Of a stretch of 64,000 nucleotides of DNA, positions 58,855-64,000 are shown in pieces. A program made the position numbers and the translations under genes. The notes beneath the pieces are model-generated. The model ran no database searches, was not told the DNA's origin, and saw nothing but the letters and a program-made list of their open reading frames with translations. Numbering within the stretch: position 1 is the stretch's first letter; every line of letters begins with the position of its first letter. The DNA is from Phycisphaerales bacterium (GTDB taxonomy: Bacteria > Planctomycetota > Phycisphaerae > Phycisphaerales > UBA1924), in contig OZ245777.1 of NCBI GenBank assembly GCA_965227775.1, forward strand, positions 1,536,001 through 1,600,000. Direction: 5' to 3'.

Positions 58855-60288
58855 ATGTCCATCCCTCGTAGCCCGTTCTCGCGAATTGCGGTCTCCGCTA
58901 TCGCCGTGATCGGTCTCACCGCGGCGCCTGCTTGCCAGGCGCCCCGCGCCAATCTGGCGGCCATCTACGACACCCCGGCCCAGCAGATTGGCGACGAGCG
59001 CACGCCCGTTGTCGTCATTCCTGGCATTTTGGGCTCGCGGCTCGAGAATCGCGAGACCGGCCAGAAGATCTGGGGCTCGTTCACCTACGGCGCCGCCGAT
59101 GCCGACACGCCCGCAGGGGCTCGAGAGATCGCCCTGCCCATGGCCAAGGGCGTGCCCCTGCACGAACTGCGAGACAACGGTTTCAGCCCGGGCGTGCTCG
59201 ACATCCTCGTCGCGAATGTCACACCGTTCCGGCGCATCCAGATCGGGGCATACGTCGACATCCTCATGACCCTGGCGGTGGGGGAGTACAGAGACGAGGA
59301 GCTCGGCAACAGCGGCGCCGTGAACTACGGCGGTTTGCACTACACCTGCTTCCAGTACGGCTACGACTGGCGGCGCGACATCTCCGAAAACGCCGCCGAG
59401 TTGCACGCCCGCATCACCGACGCCCAGGAACAAGCACGAGCGGGCAAGGGCCTGCCCGAGGGCGAGCACGTCAAGGTCGACGTGGTCGCGCACTCCATGG
59501 GCGGGCTCGTGCTGCGGTACTACTTGCGGTACGGCGACCAGCCGCTGCCCGACGATGGTTCGCTGCCTGAGCTCAACTGGGCGGGAGCGCGAAACGTTCG
59601 CCAATCCATCCTCGTCGGCACGCCCAACGCCGGCTCGGCCAAGGCGCTCGAGCAGCTCGTCAAGGGCCTGAACCTCAACCCGCTGTTCCCCAACTACCGC
59701 CCGGCCGTACTCGGCACGATGCCCTCCATCTATCAGCTCCTGCCCCGACCACGCCACGCGACCGTCATCGATCGTGCAACCGGCAAGCCGCTCGACGTGC
59801 TCGACGTCGAGACCTGGAAGCGATTCGAGTGGGGCCTTGCCAGCCCGAAGTCAGACAAGGTGCTGCGGTGGCTGCTGCCCGAAGTCGAGAGCGAAGAAGA
59901 GCGGTCCGAGATCGCGCTCGATCACCTCGAGAAGTGCCTCGCACGCGCCGACCAGCTCTTTCGTGCGCTCGACACGCCCGCCAGCCCGCCGGAGGGCACG
60001 ACCATCTCGATCTTCATCGGCGATGCCCGCCAGACCAACAACGTACTCGCGATCGACGAAGAGGGTCGCATCCGAGTGCAAGACCGATCGCCCGGCGACG
60101 ACACGGTCACTCGCCTGAGCGCGCTCATGGACGAACGCCAAGGCCGCGAGTATGCCGCAGGCCTTGACTCTCCCATCGCGTGGGACCGCGTGCAGTTCAT
60201 CAACGCCGACCACCTCGGCCTGACGCGCTCGCCCGAGTTCGTCAACAACCTCCTCTACATGCTGCTGGAGCAGCCGGTCGAAGAGTGA
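58855..60288 (+). CDS. Putative lipoprotein lipase/acyltransferase (LCAT-like alpha/beta hydrolase)
   Basis: IPGILGSRL, YDWRR, AHSMGG nucleophile elbow, GTPNAGS, GDDTV, DH; Cys after the signal peptide. Confidence 0.85.
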   Translation: MSIPRSPFSRIAVSAIAVIGLTAAPACQAPRANLAAIYDTPAQQIGDERTPVVVIPGILGSRLENRETGQKIWGSFTYGAADADTPAGAREIALPMAKGVPLHELRDNGFSPGVLDILVANVTPFRRIQIGAYVDILMTLAVGEYRDEELGNSGAVNYGGLHYTCFQYGYDWRRDISENAAELHARITDAQEQARAGKGLPEGEHVKVDVVAHSMGGLVLRYYLRYGDQPLPDDGSLPELNWAGARNVRQSILVGTPNAGSAKALEQLVKGLNLNPLFPNYRPAVLGTMPSIYQLLPRPRHATVIDRATGKPLDVLDVETWKRFEWGLASPKSDKVLRWLLPEVESEEERSEIALDHLEKCLARADQLFRALDTPASPPEGTTISIFIGDARQTNNVLAIDEEGRIRVQDRSPGDDTVTRLSALMDERQGREYAAGLDSPIAWDRVQFINADHLGLTRSPEFVNNLLYMLLEQPVEE

Positions 60289-60305
60289 ACTCGACAAACA
60301 AACGA

Positions 60306-60338
60306 ATCGCGGCCGCCCTCCCCGGGTGCGGCCGCGAT
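60306..60338. terminator. GC-rich hairpin between convergent genes (probable terminator)
   Basis: ATCGCGGCCGC ... GCGGCCGCGAT inverted repeat. Confidence 0.6.
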
Positions 60339-60377
60339 CCAAGAAACCAAGGCTGAAAACCAAGCTGAGGATGAGGG

Positions 60378-61163
60378 CTAGCGGCGGCGGCGTGCGACTA
60401 GGCCCAGGCCAGCCACCAGCCCGATGCTCGCCATGCCCGGAGCGGGCACGATCGTGATGCGGCCGATCAGGTCACCCTCGGCGAACACACGCGTGATCTC
60501 GTCACCCGGTGCGGTCGTGGTGCCGATGATCGACGCCAGGTAGTCGTCGGCGCCAGGACGCGAGAAGAAGAACTGGATGTCCTCGAACTCGGGGGTGCCG
60601 CCCGTCGCGTCGATGCCCGCAACGAACGCCGGACCGTCGGTAATGTCGTTGACCTCGGTGCCGTTGTCATACACGCTGCGGCCGAAGATGTTGATGGTGA
60701 CCGGGCCGAGGAAGTTGCCATCGGCGTCGAAGATCTCACGCGCGTTGTCGTTGCCGACGAACAGGTCATTGGTGGGCACGATCATCGACGCATAGTTGAA
60801 GTAGCGGTTGCGGGTCGCGTCGCCGACATCGAACATCATCGAAGCGCTCTCGCCGGGGCTGAACACGGGCGGGCCGCTCGGGTCGGCGAAGGTCGCGTCG
60901 ACGCCCATGGGCTGTTCCATTGCGAATCGGGTGCTCAGCGGGCCGGTGTCGCCAAGTTCAGCGATCTCGGTAATCCCGCCGGCTGCGGGCGAGCCCGCGT
61001 TGAACACGTCAAAACTGTTGTCGTGGAATCCCACCCAGAAGGGCGTGAAGGCCATGCCGCCCGGCTCCTGGAGGTTCTCGATGCGAATCTCAACGGTCTG
61101 TGCCACTGCCGGGGCGGCCGTCAGCGCCGCCAGGCCCAGCATCATCGCGGTCGTTCGGTTCAT
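60378..61163 (-). CDS. Spondin-domain PEP-CTERM-like (VPAP) surface protein
   Basis: FTPFWVGFH, IAELGD, ASMIVPTNDLFVG, YDNGTEVN; C-terminal VPAPG...ARRRR. Confidence 0.88.
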   Translation of the reverse strand: MNRTTAMMLGLAALTAAPAVAQTVEIRIENLQEPGGMAFTPFWVGFHDNSFDVFNAGSPAAGGITEIAELGDTGPLSTRFAMEQPMGVDATFADPSGPPVFSPGESASMMFDVGDATRNRYFNYASMIVPTNDLFVGNDNAREIFDADGNFLGPVTINIFGRSVYDNGTEVNDITDGPAFVAGIDATGGTPEFEDIQFFFSRPGADDYLASIIGTTTAPGDEITRVFAEGDLIGRITIVPAPGMASIGLVAGLGLVARRRR

Positions 61164-61281
61164 CTTCTGCTTCTCCTGCGTTGGGTCTCTCCCGCATCTC
61201 CTCGCGCAGCGAACCATCGCGGCGCACCCGTTGGGTCGAGCGGCCACGCCGAGCCTTGCAGCAATCAACAGAAAATCTGGC

Positions 61282-61572
61282 CTAGTCCCGATCGGCCTCG
61301 CGCAGACGCTCGATCACGCGGTGCCGCACGGCATCGGGCATGGGCTCCGGGCTCGCGGCCTCGTCGAGGTTCTCCAGCGCTTCGCCGATGTCGCGCATCT
61401 TCCGCCGCGCCGCCCTGCACGAGCCGCACAAGGCGCTGTGCATCCGCTCGCCCGCCCGCTGGGCGCGCGTGACGGCCGGATCGTTGAAGTTCGCCCGGAT
61501 GCGGTCGGCTTCCTCGCAGCGCAGGGTCAGCACGTACCAGAGCGTCGAGAGCAGGGCGGCAACACGCTTCAT
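61282..61572 (-). CDS. Cytoplasmic zf-HC2 zinc-finger anti-sigma factor
   Basis: L.CEEA...HSALCGSC (H-x3-C-x2-C); 4-bp overlap with the ECF gene. Confidence 0.8.
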   Translation of the reverse strand: MKRVAALLSTLWYVLTLRCEEADRIRANFNDPAVTRAQRAGERMHSALCGSCRAARRKMRDIGEALENLDEAASPEPMPDAVRHRVIERLREADRD

Positions 61573-62186
61573 GAGCCGTTGCCCTCGCTCGATTGGTCGA
61601 GCTCTCGCCGCAGCCGGGCCTTGGCCCGATGCACCAGCGTCCAGACTTGCGAGGCACTCACGCCCAAGGCTTCTCCCAGTTCCGCCGAGCTCAGGCCGTC
61701 GACCTCTCGCAACACGAGCACCGACCGCATGGGCTCCGGCAACCGCTCCACCGCGTGGGCCACACGTCGGGCGAATTCGGCCCGCTCCAGAGATCCCAGC
61801 GGCGTCGCGCTGCCCGCACGACCACTCCCTTGGTCGTCCAACATAGCCCATCCTTGCTGATGAACCCGCCAGAAACCCTCGGAAAAGTCCTCGATCGCGC
61901 CCGAGGCCATCTCTGCAAGGTCCGCAGCGTGCTCCTTGCGTCGATATCGGGCCCGCAAGGCGTCGAGCACCTTGTGCTTCAGGATGCCCGTTAGCCACGT
62001 CCGCTCGGCAGAGTCACCCCGAAAGGACCGAGCCGCGCCGAGTGCGGAGACAAGGCAATCCTGCACAGCGTCCTCGGCCTCGCCAGGATCCCCAAGCCGT
62101 CGCAGCGCATACGCGTACAGCACATCGCCGTGGGCCTCCACCCACCGGCTCGGGTCGACGCTCGGGCTGTGGTCGCTGAGATCCAT
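61569..62186 (-). CDS. ECF RNA polymerase sigma factor
   Basis: AEDAVQD, RTWLTGILKHK, LVHRAKARLR. Confidence 0.92.
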   Translation of the reverse strand: MDLSDHSPSVDPSRWVEAHGDVLYAYALRRLGDPGEAEDAVQDCLVSALGAARSFRGDSAERTWLTGILKHKVLDALRARYRRKEHAADLAEMASGAIEDFSEGFWRVHQQGWAMLDDQGSGRAGSATPLGSLERAEFARRVAHAVERLPEPMRSVLVLREVDGLSSAELGEALGVSASQVWTLVHRAKARLRRELDQSSEGNGS

Positions 62187-62282
62187 CAGGCGGTTTCGAT
62201 CCGGTGTCAGAAGGCGGAGGTCTGAGCGTTGAGCCTACCCCTGCCTGGCGAGCGCAGGCGTCCATCGGCTTACACTTCAGCG

Positions 62283-64000
62283 ATGCGTTCGATCCCCCTT
62301 CGGCAGCTCACGCTCGCCCCGATTTTCCTGCTGACGTGCGGCGTGCTGGCCCAGGACGTGCGCGGGCCACAAAGCCAGGAGTCGCCGGTTGCGATCCCCG
62401 AAGCGGCACAAGCCCAGCCGCCTGCGATCGAAACCCCGACCATCGCGCAGGTAGAGGAACGTATCGCTGAGGTTGAGGCGAACGAAGCCCTCGATGACCC
62501 CCAGAAGCAAGCGATCCTCACCTCGCTCCGCGCAGCGCTCGATGCCCTCCAGCAGCGGCTGACGGCCGAAGCGCAACGCCAGGAGTTCGTCGACGCCACG
62601 ACCGCCGCGCCAGGCACGATCGAACAGCTCCGCGCCGAGCTCGACAAGCCCGTCACTACGCCCGCAATGCCCGAGTACGGGCAGATGCCCGCCGAGCAGG
62701 CGCTCGACGGGATTCGGGCGCTCATCGTCGAGGCCCAGGCCCGCCAGCAGGCTGCCGAAACCGAGCAAGCGACCCTGGATGCGGAAGCCGATGAGCGCGA
62801 GGTGCGGCTGGCCACGGGCCCGGGCGACCTGGTCAGGTGGGGCGAAGAACTCGCCGCCGCCACGACCGAGCTGGCCGCCTTGCCCGCCGATCCCGCCGAC
62901 CCCGCTGCCGCGGCCCGCAGGTGGCAGAAGCAGGCCGAGGCCGCCGAACTCGCCGCTCGCATCGCCCGGCTCGAGGCTGAGATTGCCAGCTACAACGCCC
63001 GTCGCCAGCTCCTCCCGCTGCGCAAGACCCTCGCCCAACGCAAGGAAGATGTCGCAACACGCGCGCTCGAGAAGCTCCGCGTCGCCGAGACCGATGCCGC
63101 AAACCGCCGCGCTCGCGAGGCTCAGCAAGAAGCGCTCGAGCAGGCCGATGACGTCTCCGACCCGCAGCTCCGCCTGCTTGCTCAAGAAACCAGCGACCTC
63201 GCCGCGCGGCGTCTGGGCCGGCAAGGCACCCTGGAGCGGCTCGAGTCGGTCCGGGTTGCGCTGGATCGGGCCGATCAGAAACTGACGGATCTCAAGCGGC
63301 GTGCCGGCAACACCGTTGCCCGCGTGCAGGCAGCCGGGCTCACCGAGATTGTCGGCCAAGCGCTGCGTCAGCAGCTCCGCGAGCTCTCGCGATTCGAACC
63401 AGAACCGGACGATCAGCTCAAGTCACGTATCGACCAAGCCCAGCTGAACCTCATCGAGATCGAAGAAAAGCTCGCGCAGTATCAGGACGTGCAGGTCGCC
63501 TTCGAGGCTGCCCGCCTTCGCATCGCCGGTGATCCCGAGAGCGTGCCGCCAGACGTCGAGCGTCAGATCACCGAAATCATCACGAGCTACGTCGAAACGC
63601 TCAGGGCACTCGAAGCCGACTACCGCAGCTTCATCGACGAGGGGTACAAGCTCGCCGCTACGCGCGAGGAGCTCGCACAGACTACCAAGGCGTTCCGGAC
63701 GTTCATCGAAGAGCGAATCCTTTGGACCCGCAGCGTGCAGGGACCATCGATCCCACGGGTCGAAGATGTCATTGATGGCGGCATCTGGCTGCTCGGCGGC
63801 AGGCGTGAATCGACGGGTACGGCCGCCACCGGCGCCACCGAAGTACCGATCGGCACGAATTGGACCGAAGCCATCGCAGACCTGTGGCCCCCGCAGTTGC
63901 TGGCATTCCCGGTCACCATCGCGTTTGTGGTGTCATTCTGGGCCCGCCGCCGAGCTCGGAAGGCCTTGCAGCGAACGGCCGGCCAGGTCCGCAAGTTCAG
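62283..64000 (+). CDS. N-terminal part of a large MscK/KefA-like mechanosensitive channel (runs off the window)
   Basis: Open frame from ATG 62283 to the window end (absent from the ORF track as it has no stop); signal peptide ...VLAQD, long coiled coil, EERILWTRS, then first TM helix. Confidence 0.7.
   Translation, partial: MRSIPLRQLTLAPIFLLTCGVLAQDVRGPQSQESPVAIPEAAQAQPPAIETPTIAQVEERIAEVEANEALDDPQKQAILTSLRAALDALQQRLTAEAQRQEFVDATTAAPGTIEQLRAELDKPVTTPAMPEYGQMPAEQALDGIRALIVEAQARQQAAETEQATLDAEADEREVRLATGPGDLVRWGEELAAATTELAALPADPADPAAAARRWQKQAEAAELAARIARLEAEIASYNARRQLLPLRKTLAQRKEDVATRALEKLRVAETDAANRRAREAQQEALEQADDVSDPQLRLLAQETSDLAARRLGRQGTLERLESVRVALDRADQKLTDLKRRAGNTVARVQAAGLTEIVGQALRQQLRELSRFEPEPDDQLKSRIDQAQLNLIEIEEKLAQYQDVQVAFEAARLRIAGDPESVPPDVERQITEIITSYVETLRALEADYRSFIDEGYKLAATREELAQTTKAFRTFIEERILWTRSVQGPSIPRVEDVIDGGIWLLGGRRESTGTAATGATEVPIGTNWTEAIADLWPPQLLAFPVTIAFVVSFWARRRARKALQRTAGQVRKF

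Overview
High-GC, densely coding bacterial chromosomal segment, most likely Planctomycetota (Phycisphaerales-like). This is inferred from a 'GC-type' dockerin C-terminus, H-X9-DG prepilin-like proteins, several ECF sigma factors, a CxxCGYDL..CPECG zinc-ribbon membrane protein and PEP-CTERM/exosortase genes. Housekeeping content: a partial arginine succinyltransferase operon, UbiD-family decarboxylase, dacB, rpmI-rplT, pyrH-frr, sppA, alaS, cinA, tRNA-Phe(GAA), an exosortase-linked exopolysaccharide locus and a truncated MscK-like gene. The most striking element is a ~10.3 kb, largely translationally coupled minus-strand operon (21795-32116). It encodes an ExbB + two-ExbD proton motor with no TonB gene in the window. 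Its first gene joins a TonB/TolA-like S-x3-H transmembrane helix and an acidic linker to a vWA domain with an intact MIDAS site. The operon also encodes large exported TPR-like proteins, a bitopic protein with a J-domain-like N-terminus and a protein with a DnaJ-like zinc knuckle, making it a candidate uncharacterised PMF-driven envelope machine. Its exbB has a 1-nt frameshift in a G6/C6 run. Other oddities: an anti-sigma/prepilin-like chimera, an AraC gene with an in-frame TAG, a eukaryote-like AlaRS with a compositionally distinct insertion, a Wzc-like kinase without a tyrosine tail, and an extended L35. No CRISPR array, rRNA, integrase or transposase was recognised. All family calls come from motif recognition by eye; no searches were run.
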